Notes: generated by a model not told the origin, from the sequence alone. DNA of 64,000 nt from an uncultured Collinsella sp. (GCA_902490445.1 CABUDZ010000001.1:496-64495), one strand, 5' to 3'; shown: positions 40,307-50,839, counted from the first letter of the stretch. Numbers and translations are program-made.

Positions 40307-41638
40307 CTACAGAGCCTCGAGTGCGTTGGCGATGCGCTTCATGGCGGCGTCGGCAGCTGCTTGGTCGGGGGCTTCGGCCAAAACGCGAATCACCGACTCG
40401 GTTCCGCTCTTGCGCACGAGCACACGGCCCTCGCCCGCCAGCGACGCCTCGGCCTCGGCGATGGCGGCCTGCACGCCCATGCTGCCCAGCGCGGCGTCCT
40501 TATCCGTCACGTGCACGGCAACCTGCGCCTGCGGCAGCAACTTGCACGGAGCCGTGAGCTGCGAGAGCGTCTCGCGCTCGGCGCGAATCACTTCCATCAC
40601 ACGCAGCGAGGTCATAATGCCGTCGCCCGTGCGCTCGATATCGCCAAAGATCGTATGCCCCGTTTGCTCGCCGCCCAGGCTGTAGCCGCCCTCGCGCATC
40701 TTGGCATACACATGACGGTCACCCACGCCGCTGGTCACGGCACTCAGACCGGCAAGCTCCAACGACTTGACCAGGCCAAAGTTGCTGGCGATCGTCGGCA
40801 CCACGGTACCGCCCGAAAGGCGACCGTGCTTGTTCAGGTACACACCGCACACGTACAGGATCTGGTCGCCGTCGACCACACGGCCGCGCTCATCCACGGC
40901 CAGGCAGCGGTCGGCATCGCCGTCATAGGCAAAGCCCACGTCCAGGCCCTGCTCCACCACATGGCGCTGTAGACGCTCCATATGCGTGGAGCCGCAGTCG
41001 ACGTTGATGTTAAAGCCATCGGGCGCGGCGTTGATCACACGCACGTCGGCACCCAGCGCGTCGAACACCGGCTTGGCGACCGAGGAAGCCGAGCCGTTGG
41101 CGCAGTCGATGCCAATCTTGACGCCCTGCAGCGAAAAGTTCGCGCTTGCGATGAGCGAGGCAATGTAGCGGTTGCGACCCTGCATGTAGTCCACCGTGGC
41201 ACCGATGTGGTTGCCCGTTGCCAGCGGCACCTCGCTCTTGCCATCGATATAATCCTCGATGAGCTCCAGCACGCCCTCGTCCATCTTAAAGCCGTCGCTG
41301 TTGACGAGCTTAATGCCGTTATCGCAAAACGGGTTGTGGCTCGCGCTGATCATGATACCGCAATCGAAGCAGCCCTCCACGGTCTGATGCGCCACGCCCG
41401 GCGTCGGGATCACGTGCAGCATGTAGGCGTCCGCGCCGCTCGCGACCAAGCCGCTCACCAGCGCCGCCTCGAACATATAGCTCGAGCGACGCGTGTCCTT
41501 GCCCACGATAACGCGCGCCTTGGCCCCGCGGTTGGCGCCGTAATACCAGCCCACAAAACGGCCGATCTTATAAGCGTGCTCTACCGTCAGCCCAACGTTG
41601 GCCTCGCCGCGAAAGCCGTCGGTGCCAAAGTACTTCAT
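40307..41638 (-). CDS. glmM: Phosphoglucosamine mutase
   Basis: FGTDGFRG, GKDTR, ISASHNP, DGDADR, GGEQTGH. Confidence 0.93.
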   Translation of the reverse strand: MKYFGTDGFRGEANVGLTVEHAYKIGRFVGWYYGANRGAKARVIVGKDTRRSSYMFEAALVSGLVASGADAYMLHVIPTPGVAHQTVEGCFDCGIMISASHNPFCDNGIKLVNSDGFKMDEGVLELIEDYIDGKSEVPLATGNHIGATVDYMQGRNRYIASLIASANFSLQGVKIGIDCANGSASSVAKPVFDALGADVRVINAAPDGFNINVDCGSTHMERLQRHVVEQGLDVGFAYDGDADRCLAVDERGRVVDGDQILYVCGVYLNKHGRLSGGTVVPTIASNFGLVKSLELAGLSAVTSGVGDRHVYAKMREGGYSLGGEQTGHTIFGDIERTGDGIMTSLRVMEVIRAERETLSQLTAPCKLLPQAQVAVHVTDKDAALGSMGVQAAIAEAEASLAGEGRVLVRKSGTESVIRVLAEAPDQAAADAAMKRIANALEAL

Positions 41639-41721
41639 GCGCTCTCCTTACAAAATAGGGGCGAACAGATTGCCTGTCCGCCCCAAAATGGTACTCGATT
41701 ATCTGCGCTACCAGAAAAACC

Positions 41722-44034
41722 CTACGCCGACGCGCTGTCGCGAGCCGCCTGGCATGTAGGAGTCTGACGCAGCGTAAGCGGCTTGTCCCCCGCCTCGGCT
41801 GACGTGGTCAGCGTATATGTGATCGTCGTCGTCTCGCCAGCATGCAGGTCAACGGTGCCCGAATAGAAGGGGATTCCATGCCACGTAGCGGCGCCAAGAC
41901 CAAACTGGGTGCCCTCGACGGTCAGATCAGTAATGTTGCCGCCCGTCGGGGCAAACAACGAGACATTCAGACGCTCGTCGTCGCGCGCGGCATCGGGCGC
42001 GCTCGCCGCGACGTAGTCGGGCAGCTTGCCGGCCTCCTCCTGCGTCATGATGTTCGTCAGGGTAACGGTGATGCGATACGAGCATGTGCCGTCACCGTTC
42101 TTGATGCCCTGGCCAATCTGCGTATCGGCATTCAGGTACCAGTCGAGCTTGGAGAAGCTCAGGTTGTTAAAGTAGACACCAGCAACGGGATCTTCACTCG
42201 GGTCATCCGGATCGGGCAGCGAGGCGTCGATGTTCATCTCCTTGATAGCGTTCTGCTCGTCATCGTTTTTCATCCACGCGATCAGGCGGCCCTCTTCGGC
42301 ACCGCGCTCAACGGCGCTGACAAGCTTCGTAACATCGACATCGCCGATACCGCCAAGGATCTTGTCGAAGGCAGCGCTGGCGACGGATGCAAAGATGCCG
42401 TCCGACTCCTCGACCGGATAGTTCCAGTACACATCGTGCATGAGGACCTTTGCGGCGTTGGTGCCGTCGACAACCGTTCCGTCGGGCAGCGACACGTTAC
42501 CGACCAGGCCCAGCAGATACTGCAGGAACACCGGGTCGATACCCACGACGCCGTCAACGTCCTGGCCATATTGAGATTTCCACAGGGCTGCGACACGCTG
42601 CGAGTTGCGGGGCCAATCAGGCGAATAGGTATTGCCCGAGTTGTACAGGTTACTGTGGTTGCCGAACAGCGCCTCATCCTCTTCGTCGACGCTCTCAACC
42701 GCCTCGTCTTTGCCAAGCGCAATACATGGGACAAAGTCACCGATCGACATCTGGCCATCGGTAACTGAAATCAGGCCCTGCGAACCGCCAAAGCCGCCGC
42801 AGGCACGAATCTCGACGTTGTTCATGGCGTACACAAGGTAGTTGCGCGTCTGGCCGTTGGCGCCGAGCATCTGGGGAAGGACGGGGGCGACCTTCTCCGC
42901 CGCGTCAACCGCGCCATTGAGGGTGGCAAAGCCGTCCTTGGCCTTATCGACCAGCTCGGTCACCTGGGAAATATGAGTATCGCCAATGCCCTGGATCTTC
43001 TCGTTGGCGCTCTTGAACACCTTCGAGCTATCGGAGAGCGAATCGGCGACCGCCTGCAACGCAGACACGTTGATGGTCCCATCCTGGAACAGCTTGCCGG
43101 GCGTGGCCTGCGAAAGGTTATCGGCCATGGGAACCAGCGCGTTGCTCGAGACATCGGACAGGGCGTCGATCATGGTGCGGGCCGCATTGATGTCGCTGCC
43201 ATACACCGGGATAAACGAAGCCGCCGTCCACAGCGGGCTCGAGGTCTCCGCCTTCATGCTGTCGCAAAGCTCATCAATCTTCTTCGCGTCGTCAGGCAGC
43301 GTCGAAAAATCGCCCGACGTGACCTTGTCCTTAAGGCCACCGACGATCTCGACAGCCTCCTTCGCTTCGCTCTTTACGGTCTTTGCCGAGTTAAGCAGCA
43401 TAAAGCCGCTTGCGCCAAGCGCAACGAGAAGCACCGCGACTACAGCGGCAATAATGGCGCCGGTGTGACGCTTTTTGCGTTCGCCCTTGCGATGGCGATG
43501 ACGGACCAGACCGTCAGAGGTCGAACTCGACGAAGCGTCGCTACCGTAGTTCAAGCCAAAATCGTAATAATCTTCCTTGGAACCCGAGCCCGCAAACTGG
43601 GCACCGCTATCATCCAGGCGGGCGAACGTGCCAGTCTCGGAGGCACCGGTGTAAATCGTGCCAAGGTTACCCGTAAGCCCCGCGCCACCGGCAGAGGGAG
43701 TATTGTTGGCGGCCTTGCCGGCATTAACGTTGCCGGCGGCATTTGCGGCGTTGGCAGCGCCTGCGTTGTTCGCAGGTGCCGAAGGAGCCCCGCTCGGCTG
43801 CGACGTAGAGGTTGCACCGCCCGCAAAGACATTCCCTCTTGCACGGCCGGTCTTTTTTGCCTTTTGAGACTGCTCGTACAGAGCGGTAAACATCGCCGTC
43901 TCGCCCGGGGACACGCGCTTACCGGAACCGCCCTGTCCAGCGCCGCCCGGCGTGCCGGCCTTACCAGCCCCGTTCGGGCGCGGCGGAACTGCAGGACGGC
44001 CGCTATCGCTGTCCTTAAAGTGATTACCAGCCAT
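41722..44034 (-). CDS. DUF4012-like membrane-anchored extracellular protein
   Basis: Low-complexity N-terminus, one TM, RNYLV..NNVEIRACGG, SPDWP, VDGVVGIDP, SKLDWYL. Confidence 0.85.
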   Translation of the reverse strand: MAGNHFKDSDSGRPAVPPRPNGAGKAGTPGGAGQGGSGKRVSPGETAMFTALYEQSQKAKKTGRARGNVFAGGATSTSQPSGAPSAPANNAGAANAANAAGNVNAGKAANNTPSAGGAGLTGNLGTIYTGASETGTFARLDDSGAQFAGSGSKEDYYDFGLNYGSDASSSSTSDGLVRHRHRKGERKKRHTGAIIAAVVAVLLVALGASGFMLLNSAKTVKSEAKEAVEIVGGLKDKVTSGDFSTLPDDAKKIDELCDSMKAETSSPLWTAASFIPVYGSDINAARTMIDALSDVSSNALVPMADNLSQATPGKLFQDGTINVSALQAVADSLSDSSKVFKSANEKIQGIGDTHISQVTELVDKAKDGFATLNGAVDAAEKVAPVLPQMLGANGQTRNYLVYAMNNVEIRACGGFGGSQGLISVTDGQMSIGDFVPCIALGKDEAVESVDEEDEALFGNHSNLYNSGNTYSPDWPRNSQRVAALWKSQYGQDVDGVVGIDPVFLQYLLGLVGNVSLPDGTVVDGTNAAKVLMHDVYWNYPVEESDGIFASVASAAFDKILGGIGDVDVTKLVSAVERGAEEGRLIAWMKNDDEQNAIKEMNIDASLPDPDDPSEDPVAGVYFNNLSFSKLDWYLNADTQIGQGIKNGDGTCSYRITVTLTNIMTQEEAGKLPDYVAASAPDAARDDERLNVSLFAPTGGNITDLTVEGTQFGLGAATWHGIPFYSGTVDLHAGETTTITYTLTTSAEAGDKPLTLRQTPTCQAARDSASA

Positions 44035-44177
44035 AAAGAAATCCTCGCAATTGAGTCGCAATGAAAAAGTCCATAACGTTACTAGTTTATGGCATTTTGG
44101 GCATCGACAGCTAAACTCCAGACACGGACATCAATTGGCGAAAATGTGGCACAACACCTTTTCCGTCTTGGCGCCAG

Positions 44178-45200
44178 CTACACCGTCAAAAACACCATCG
44201 CGATAATCATGGCAAAACCTGCCAGGTCGGTGGGCAAAAACACCGTTCCCAGCATAAGGGCGCTGGTGATGGTGGCCGAAACCGGCTCCATGGTTCCAAG
44301 AAGGCTCGCGCGCACCGAGCCAATCTCCTTAACGCCCTGCATGTAGAACATATAGGCGAAGAACGACCCCACCACAATAAATATCGCGAGCGCGCCGACA
44401 CCCGAGGGGCCGAGCGCCGGCATGTGCGCCCACGGCTGGGTAAAGATACTCATCACGATTCCCGCCGAAAGCATGGCCGAGCCCGTGACGACCGAGCTGC
44501 CGTATTTGTTGAGGATTCCGGCAGGGATGATTGCTATGCAGGCACCGCCCACTGCGCACAAAAGGCCCGCGAGCAGGCCCATTGGCGAGATACTGAGCGT
44601 ACTAGGGTCGCCGCCCGTGGCAATTAAAAACGTTCCGCCCAAGGCGAGCAAAATGCCAAGCGCCTCGCGCGTGCGCGGCAGTCGATGCGCGGTGACGCAG
44701 GCATACCCCATGACTACCACCAGCTGCAGACACTGAAAGACGGTCGCGGTGCCCGCGTTGGTCAGACGCACGGCTGACAGATAGCAAAGCTGGTTGAACA
44801 GCAGGCCAAAGATCGTAAATAGGATGAGCTGCTTGCGATCGGCAGGGGTGGTCCACAGCCTGACCAGGCGGTCGCGATCTTTTCTGAGCACGACGAACAT
44901 AAAGAGCAGGCCAGCGATAACTTGGCGCACGCTCATCAGCCAAAATGTCTCGATATGGCACACGTCAAAGAGGTAGCTGGCACTGGTGCCAGAAAAACCC
45001 CAAAACGTACCGCCGGCAAACGCGGCGAGCGTGCCCAGGGCCATCTTGCGCGTCTGGGCATCGTTGAGGCGGTCGCGCCATGCGCGGCGGGTGCTGCGGC
45101 TCAGCTCGTCAGTTCCCTCGGGCACGACAAAATCGGCCGCCGCCGTCATCGGCACCGAAGCCTTTTTACGTGCACGCTGCGCTGTGCGCTCCTGTTCCAT
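44178..45200 (-). CDS. DMT/EamA family transporter
   Basis: About 10 TMs, FWGFSG, ASLLGTMEPVSA. Confidence 0.92.
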   Translation of the reverse strand: MEQERTAQRARKKASVPMTAAADFVVPEGTDELSRSTRRAWRDRLNDAQTRKMALGTLAAFAGGTFWGFSGTSASYLFDVCHIETFWLMSVRQVIAGLLFMFVVLRKDRDRLVRLWTTPADRKQLILFTIFGLLFNQLCYLSAVRLTNAGTATVFQCLQLVVVMGYACVTAHRLPRTREALGILLALGGTFLIATGGDPSTLSISPMGLLAGLLCAVGGACIAIIPAGILNKYGSSVVTGSAMLSAGIVMSIFTQPWAHMPALGPSGVGALAIFIVVGSFFAYMFYMQGVKEIGSVRASLLGTMEPVSATITSALMLGTVFLPTDLAGFAMIIAMVFLTV

Positions 45201-45325
45201 TCCACTCCCCAGAAATCAATTGGCAACAAAGCGCTCAAACTGTAGCACGAATATTGATACGGAAATGCGGTCGATTCGGAACATCTACGAGCATCCAAAT
45301 TGCAGGGACGAAAGGCACCGAAGAG

Positions 45326-46033
45326 CTATGCCGAGCGGTTGGGATCGTCTGGGGCGCCGGGGTCGGCCTCCGCGCTTCCCTGGGCATCCTCACCGTCGAC
45401 CTGCTCCTTGGCGCTGTCCTGGCTCTCCTGCTCGCGGCGGCGCTTTTCGCGAATCTGCTCCACAGCCGCGCGCAGGGCAGCCTCGTCTTCAGCGCGCGCC
45501 ACCTCTTGCGTGGTCTTGACCATATGGCGAATTTCGAGCACCAGCAGCACGATCAGCGGCACCACGATGAGCGGAAAGAACAGCAGCGGATTGGTGAGCA
45601 GCGACACCACAACGCCCAGGCCTGCCGAGACAAAGACCACGCGGCCCACCACGTCGGCGGCGGGCACGGGCGCGGCATCCTCGACCGGATTGGCATCGCC
45701 CTTGGTGCGGTAGATCGGGGCGCCGTCGGCGGCGGCCTCCACGGCAACGATGCGGTGCGTGTTGAGCGAACCCTCCAGCGCGTCATCGGACGAATGGAAG
45801 GTGATGATGTCGCCCACCTGATAGGCCTGGCCGTCGCCGGTATCAACGACGATAAACGAGTGCACGGGAATCGCCGGCTCCATCGAACCGGTCAGCGTGC
45901 GCATAAAGCCATAGCCCATGATGGTGGGGATCTCGCCGGCGGGCGTGAACACCGTGCGCAGCAACACCACAAAGGCGACCAGGATCACCACGGTCGCCAG
46001 CACGTTGATCACGCGGAGCACGTGCTTCATCAC
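45326..46033 (-). CDS. sipW: SipW-type (ER-type, S26B) signal peptidase I, copy 2
   Basis: TM, TLTGSMEP, GDIITF, THRI, TKGDAN, second TM. Confidence 0.92.
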   Translation of the reverse strand: MMKHVLRVINVLATVVILVAFVVLLRTVFTPAGEIPTIMGYGFMRTLTGSMEPAIPVHSFIVVDTGDGQAYQVGDIITFHSSDDALEGSLNTHRIVAVEAAADGAPIYRTKGDANPVEDAAPVPAADVVGRVVFVSAGLGVVVSLLTNPLLFFPLIVVPLIVLLVLEIRHMVKTTQEVARAEDEAALRAAVEQIREKRRREQESQDSAKEQVDGEDAQGSAEADPGAPDDPNRSA

Positions 46034-48276
46034 TTGTCGTCGTCCTTTGCGGAAGTCTCGGGGTCGGCAGCGACCTCGCCCTCGGTGGCATCCGCCGCAG
46101 AAGCGCCATCCTCGTCAGGCGCGGCGACCACGCCCTCGCCAGCCTCGCCGCGCAAGCGGGCCAGCAGATAGCGCGACAGGCTGTTGCCCTCGGCACGGCG
46201 CTCGGCACGCTCACGGTTGCGCTCGGCCCGCTCCAGCTCTTGCGCCAGCGCGTCCAGGCGCTGCTGCATCTCCGCGCGAGCAGCTTCGACCTCGCGCTCG
46301 CAAGCGGCACGGACGGCGGCGACTTCCTGCTCGATGCGCTCCCCTGCCGCAAGCTCGGCTGCGGCGGCACGCGCGTCGGCGTCGGCACGAGCCTCCTCGG
46401 CGGCACGCACGGCGGCATCGCGCTCGGCAGCGGCTGCGGCGACCTTCTCGCTGGCGTCCACCGTAGCCTGCTCGACGGCAGAATCGGCGGCCGCACGCGC
46501 GGCGTCGATCGCGGCATCGGCTGCCTGCTGAGCAGCGGAAACCTTCTCCTCGGCCGCGGCAACGGTGTCGGCGAGCTTCTGCTCCGCCTCGGCCGCGGCG
46601 ACGTCGGCAGTCTCCTGCGCGGCACGGGCATCGCGCTCGGCCGCCAGCCGCACTTCCTCGATCTGCAGCTTGGCGGCGTCCAGCTTGGCATGCACCTCGG
46701 CGAGCTCCTTGGCAGACGCCTCGCGCACACCGGCAAGCTCGGCTGCGGCGGCGTCCTTGGCGGCCTGCAGCTCGGCGGCATCGGCGGCCGTCTTGGCGGC
46801 CAGGGCTGCGGCGGACTCGCTCTTGACCTGCGCGATCTGCTCGGAGGCCGCCTGCTCGGCGGCCGCAACCTTTGCATCGGCATCAGCGTGAGCAGCCGTG
46901 ACCTCGTCATCGGCCTCGACGCGCATCTGCTCAAGCTGTGCCGCCGCAGTCGAGCGCACCTCGGCAGCAGCCTCCTCGGCAGCTTTCTTGCCCGCCTCGA
47001 CATCCTCCAGCGAACCTTGCAGCTCCTCAACATCAGCCTCGGCCATCTGAGCGCGCTGCGTCAACGCCAGCTCGCGCGTCTTGGCCTCGTCCAGCTCGTC
47101 GACCAGGTCGTCGCGCTCGTCGGTCAACGCGTGCGCCTGCACCTTCCAAGACTTGACCTGCCCCTGCAGCTCCTCGATCTGCTCGCGCGCCTCGGCCAAC
47201 GCCTGCTCGGCATCGAGCTGGGCCTGCGTGACCTCCTCCACAAACACGCGCCGGACCTCGACGTCGGGCAGGTCGGGGCTATCGACCTGCTCCTCCTTAA
47301 TCTCCTTAATAAACTTGGGCGCCACCGGCGCGTGTTGCACGCTCTCGAGCTCCTGCAGGTTGCGCTCGTCATCGGTCAGGCTCTTAAAGACGGTGTAGTT
47401 GTTAATGAGGTTGGTGTACATCTGCACCATGTACTCATCATCGAACGCCAGTGACTGCTGCTGCACGTCGATGTTGTAGCCCACCTTGTCGTAGCGCTCC
47501 ATAAACTGCCACAGCTGGTAGCACTTGCGGTAGTTGGGGTCCTTCATGATGAGGTTGGTGCGCTGGATGGGGCTGCGGACCGCGCTGCACCCGTTCATGA
47601 TCTGGCAAAACGACGCGCCGCGCAGCGCCATGACCAGACGGCGCACACGGTCGATGCGCATAAAGACGTCCATGTTGTCGGCGTCGTTCTCGGCAAAGCT
47701 CTGGCGGTTTTTGACCGTCATCTCGACGTTATACTCGATCTCTTCGTACGCGTCGTCGATCTTGCTGTGCATCTTAAAGCGGTTGCGGATCTCATTGCCC
47801 GTCGACCAAAAGATCACGTCGGTGCGCTTGTCCACAAACGTCAGCAGGCGCTGAATCAGGTGGTAGATGAAGCGGTTCTCGTACAGATCGTAGGTCTCGA
47901 CGGTATTGACGTTGAGGATGCGCGTGGGATGGACGCCGCCATCGTCGCTCGGCGCCAAAAACTGCGTGTTCTGGCTCAGATGACGGACGCTGTCGGCGCT
48001 GATCTTTTTGGCGAGCGAGACCGGCACCACCTCTTCCTCGGTGGTGATAAAGCGCCGCGGCTTTTCGATAATGGTGTTGATGGCGTCGAGCGAGTCCTCG
48101 ATCATGCTGATCCATTCCTCGTCCACCACCTTGACGAGCTCCTCGCGCTGCTGCTCGATCGTGGTGCCCGAGGCCTGCGCCATCTCAAACAGATAGCGGA
48201 AGTAGCGGTTGTCCTCCTGGATGGGCTCCATCTGCTCGGAGAAGCTGGTATAGAGGTCCTGAATGGTCTCGGACAT
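46030..48276 (-). CDS. DUF2357-like domain fused to a long Ala/Glu-rich coiled coil
   Basis: YDLYENRF and TNLIMKDPNYRKCYQLW motifs; roughly the C-terminal half is coiled coil; no PD-(D/E)xK region seen. Confidence 0.8.
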   Translation of the reverse strand: MSETIQDLYTSFSEQMEPIQEDNRYFRYLFEMAQASGTTIEQQREELVKVVDEEWISMIEDSLDAINTIIEKPRRFITTEEEVVPVSLAKKISADSVRHLSQNTQFLAPSDDGGVHPTRILNVNTVETYDLYENRFIYHLIQRLLTFVDKRTDVIFWSTGNEIRNRFKMHSKIDDAYEEIEYNVEMTVKNRQSFAENDADNMDVFMRIDRVRRLVMALRGASFCQIMNGCSAVRSPIQRTNLIMKDPNYRKCYQLWQFMERYDKVGYNIDVQQQSLAFDDEYMVQMYTNLINNYTVFKSLTDDERNLQELESVQHAPVAPKFIKEIKEEQVDSPDLPDVEVRRVFVEEVTQAQLDAEQALAEAREQIEELQGQVKSWKVQAHALTDERDDLVDELDEAKTRELALTQRAQMAEADVEELQGSLEDVEAGKKAAEEAAAEVRSTAAAQLEQMRVEADDEVTAAHADADAKVAAAEQAASEQIAQVKSESAAALAAKTAADAAELQAAKDAAAAELAGVREASAKELAEVHAKLDAAKLQIEEVRLAAERDARAAQETADVAAAEAEQKLADTVAAAEEKVSAAQQAADAAIDAARAAADSAVEQATVDASEKVAAAAAERDAAVRAAEEARADADARAAAAELAAGERIEQEVAAVRAACEREVEAARAEMQQRLDALAQELERAERNRERAERRAEGNSLSRYLLARLRGEAGEGVVAAPDEDGASAADATEGEVAADPETSAKDDDK

Positions 48277-48348
48277 GGGTTACTCCATAGATTGGATCGA
48301 TCGGAAAGGGGCGGGGCGACATCACGCCGCCCCGCACTTACGCCATTA

Positions 48349-50040
48349 CTAGAAGTTCTGGATCCGCTGCAGGTACATGACGGAATCGGGCAGGCCGCCC
48401 TCGCCAAAGGTCTTCTCGATGTACTCGATCAGGCCCTTCATCTCGTCGCGCACAAAGCTCACGTTCATGGACTCAAACTTCTTGAGCACCTTGCGGGCGA
48501 TGATGTAGTCCATGCCGCCCAGCTCGGTGCCGCCGCACGCCACGTACACGGGGATAAAGTCGTACATCTGCTTGATGATACGGTTACCAAAGGCCAGCTT
48601 AAAGCGGGTCTGCAGGTACTGGTCCAGCTTGTGCATCTTCTGGAGCAGCTCGTCGTCGATTACGTACTCGACCTTAGCCTTTTGGAACAGATACTGCAGG
48701 TGGTCGGCCGTCACGTGCACGCGCTCGTGCGGCTCGCATTCAAACGCGTCGGCACGCTCGTTGAGCTCGATGGGGATTGCACGGTCGTACACCTTGTCCG
48801 TGATGGTAAAGGTGGAGTCGTCGTTGTTGGCCGTGCCGATGAACCACAGGCTGTCGGGGATGGTGAGCTTGCCGTCGTGCAGAGCCTTGGGATCGGCGGC
48901 CCACTGGGTGGGGACCAGATCGAGTACCCACTCGTCGTGGCTGGGCATCTCGAGCACCGACAGGATCTCGGCAAAGTAGTACTCCACGCGGGCGAGGTTC
49001 ATCTCGTCAAGCACGATCATGGACGGGTCCTGGCGAAGGCCCGCCTCGTACACGGCGCGGAGGAACTCGGTCTCGTTAAAGCGCTTGGAGAACTCGTTAA
49101 AGTAGCCCAGTACCTCGGTGCGATCGCGAAAACTCGGCTGCACCGACACGATGGTCGCGGGGTTATCCAGATAGCGGCTAAAGCTGTAGGGCAGCGAGGT
49201 CTTACCAGTACCCGAGATGCCCTCCAGGATCAGCAGCTTGGAGGCGGCCATGCCGGCCACAAAGCGGCGGATGACCTCAGGCGTGTAGTAGAGCTTCATC
49301 TGGCTGCAGGCGAACGCGCGGAAGCTGTCGACAAAGTCCTCCAGCGAGATGGCATCGTCGTAGACCGGCGATTCCCAGTCGCGGTACTTAAGGTCCACAA
49401 GGGACAACTTGGGGAAGCGGTTGGCCTGCGCAATCTCTTTTTCCTCGGCTAGGGTCTTGGCCTCAACGGTGGCCTTGGCCATGGCGGCCGCGGCATCCTT
49501 GACGCCCGCACCGTCGAGCGCGAGCGACGCGTTGCCCGACATGACGGCCGTCGCCGCGGCGCCCTCGCCCGCAGCGGCACCCGTAGCGGCGCCCACCACG
49601 TTGCCCACCGTGGGCAGATGGTCGTCGGCCAGGGCCGAGGCGCCCACGTACGGAATCTGCTTGGTGCCGCCCATGGCATTGACCTTGAGCGCCAGCAGTT
49701 TGTTCTTCTCGTCCATGAGGTCGAGCACCTGCTTGTTCAGGCGACCGATCTCGCGATAGAGCGCCTTGTTGGACGTATCGTCGCGATGCAGACGGCGGTT
49801 GATGCGGTAGCGGTGGACCAGAATGGCCACGATCAGCACGGGAACCGCGATGAGCATGGCAAACAGAATGATCGCGCCGATCTTGCCCACCAGGTCAAAC
49901 GTGGTGAAGTAGGTCATAAAGATGTTGAAGTACTCAACCCAGCCAAACACCAGCAGGTTAAGGATGGAGCTCACAACGGCAACGACGTTGTAGACGACCT
50001 TTGCCAGCAGCTCCCAGGCAAATCCCAGAAACTCACTCAC
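48349..50040 (-). CDS. McrB-like AAA+ NTPase with N-terminal transmembrane helices
   Basis: Hydrophobic first ~75 aa; GISGTGKT, VQPSF.D..EVLGY, LDEMNLARVEYYFA, GTANNDD (NxxD), DKVYDRA, FGNR. Confidence 0.88.
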   Translation of the reverse strand: MSEFLGFAWELLAKVVYNVVAVVSSILNLLVFGWVEYFNIFMTYFTTFDLVGKIGAIILFAMLIAVPVLIVAILVHRYRINRRLHRDDTSNKALYREIGRLNKQVLDLMDEKNKLLALKVNAMGGTKQIPYVGASALADDHLPTVGNVVGAATGAAAGEGAAATAVMSGNASLALDGAGVKDAAAAMAKATVEAKTLAEEKEIAQANRFPKLSLVDLKYRDWESPVYDDAISLEDFVDSFRAFACSQMKLYYTPEVIRRFVAGMAASKLLILEGISGTGKTSLPYSFSRYLDNPATIVSVQPSFRDRTEVLGYFNEFSKRFNETEFLRAVYEAGLRQDPSMIVLDEMNLARVEYYFAEILSVLEMPSHDEWVLDLVPTQWAADPKALHDGKLTIPDSLWFIGTANNDDSTFTITDKVYDRAIPIELNERADAFECEPHERVHVTADHLQYLFQKAKVEYVIDDELLQKMHKLDQYLQTRFKLAFGNRIIKQMYDFIPVYVACGGTELGGMDYIIARKVLKKFESMNVSFVRDEMKGLIEYIEKTFGEGGLPDSVMYLQRIQNF

Positions 50041-50779
50041 CGTCGGTATCCTCCTGCTTGGTCGCGTTCATCGCCGCCTCGGCCTCGGCCTTCAGACGAC
50101 GGGCCTCCTCGAGCTTGGCCTCGGCCTGGGCAAGCTGCTCGGCGGCGTTATCGGTCGTGACGGTAGTGTCGCCCTTGCCCTCGGCGTCCACGATGGCAGC
50201 CGCGGCAGCCAGGCGGTCCTCCTCGGCCATAGCGCGCTTGAGGTTCATGCCCACCACGATGAGGTGATACACCTGGTAGATAAAGAACAGCAGCATGGGC
50301 AGCACGATCACAATGAGGAAGCCCATGGAGCTGGACAGGAAGTCCATGACCTTGCCCATCTGCGGCAGCGCGAACACGTACTTGCCCACGATGTCGCCGT
50401 CGCTGATGATGTGCGAATCGGCCACGTCGTTGTTATCGCCCTTGGTGGTAAAGCTGCGCATGCCGTTGACCTCGTCGATGGCGGCGATGCGGTGCGTGTT
50501 GAGCGCGTACTCGTTGTCGATAATGGTGTGGAACGTCACGATGTCGCCCACCTCGAGCTTGGAGGTGTCGCACTTTTTGATGACGATGAGGTCGCCCTTG
50601 TTAAACGTGGGCGCCATGGAGTCGGACTGTACGGCGAGCGGGGTGAAGCCGGCGATGTCCGAGACGCTGCCGTCCTCGCGCGTGGCGAGCGTGGTAAACG
50701 CGTACAGGGCCGCCACCAGGATGATGATCCACATGACGACGCTCAGTGCGATGGATGCGGCCTTTTTAACAGATTGCAT
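50033..50779 (-). CDS. sipW: SipW-type signal peptidase I, copy 1
   Basis: VQSDSMAP, GDL, GDIVTF, THRI, TKGDNN; two TMs. Confidence 0.93.
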   Translation of the reverse strand: MQSVKKAASIALSVVMWIIILVAALYAFTTLATREDGSVSDIAGFTPLAVQSDSMAPTFNKGDLIVIKKCDTSKLEVGDIVTFHTIIDNEYALNTHRIAAIDEVNGMRSFTTKGDNNDVADSHIISDGDIVGKYVFALPQMGKVMDFLSSSMGFLIVIVLPMLLFFIYQVYHLIVVGMNLKRAMAEEDRLAAAAAIVDAEGKGDTTVTTDNAAEQLAQAEAKLEEARRLKAEAEAAMNATKQEDTDGE

Positions 50780-50839
50780 GATGTCCCTTACTACCGTGTC
50801 TGACTAGGTCGTGCGCGGCCCGATGGCCGCCGTGCATAT

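Noticed and set aside
46100..47250. GCC/GCG-rich repetitive DNA
   Set aside because: Explained by the Ala/Glu coiled-coil coding sequence
46030..50040. Canonical McrBC or CoCoNuT restriction system
   Set aside because: No visible nuclease, helicase or nucleic-acid reader domain; the TM anchor and sipW coupling argue against it, though a defence role is not excluded
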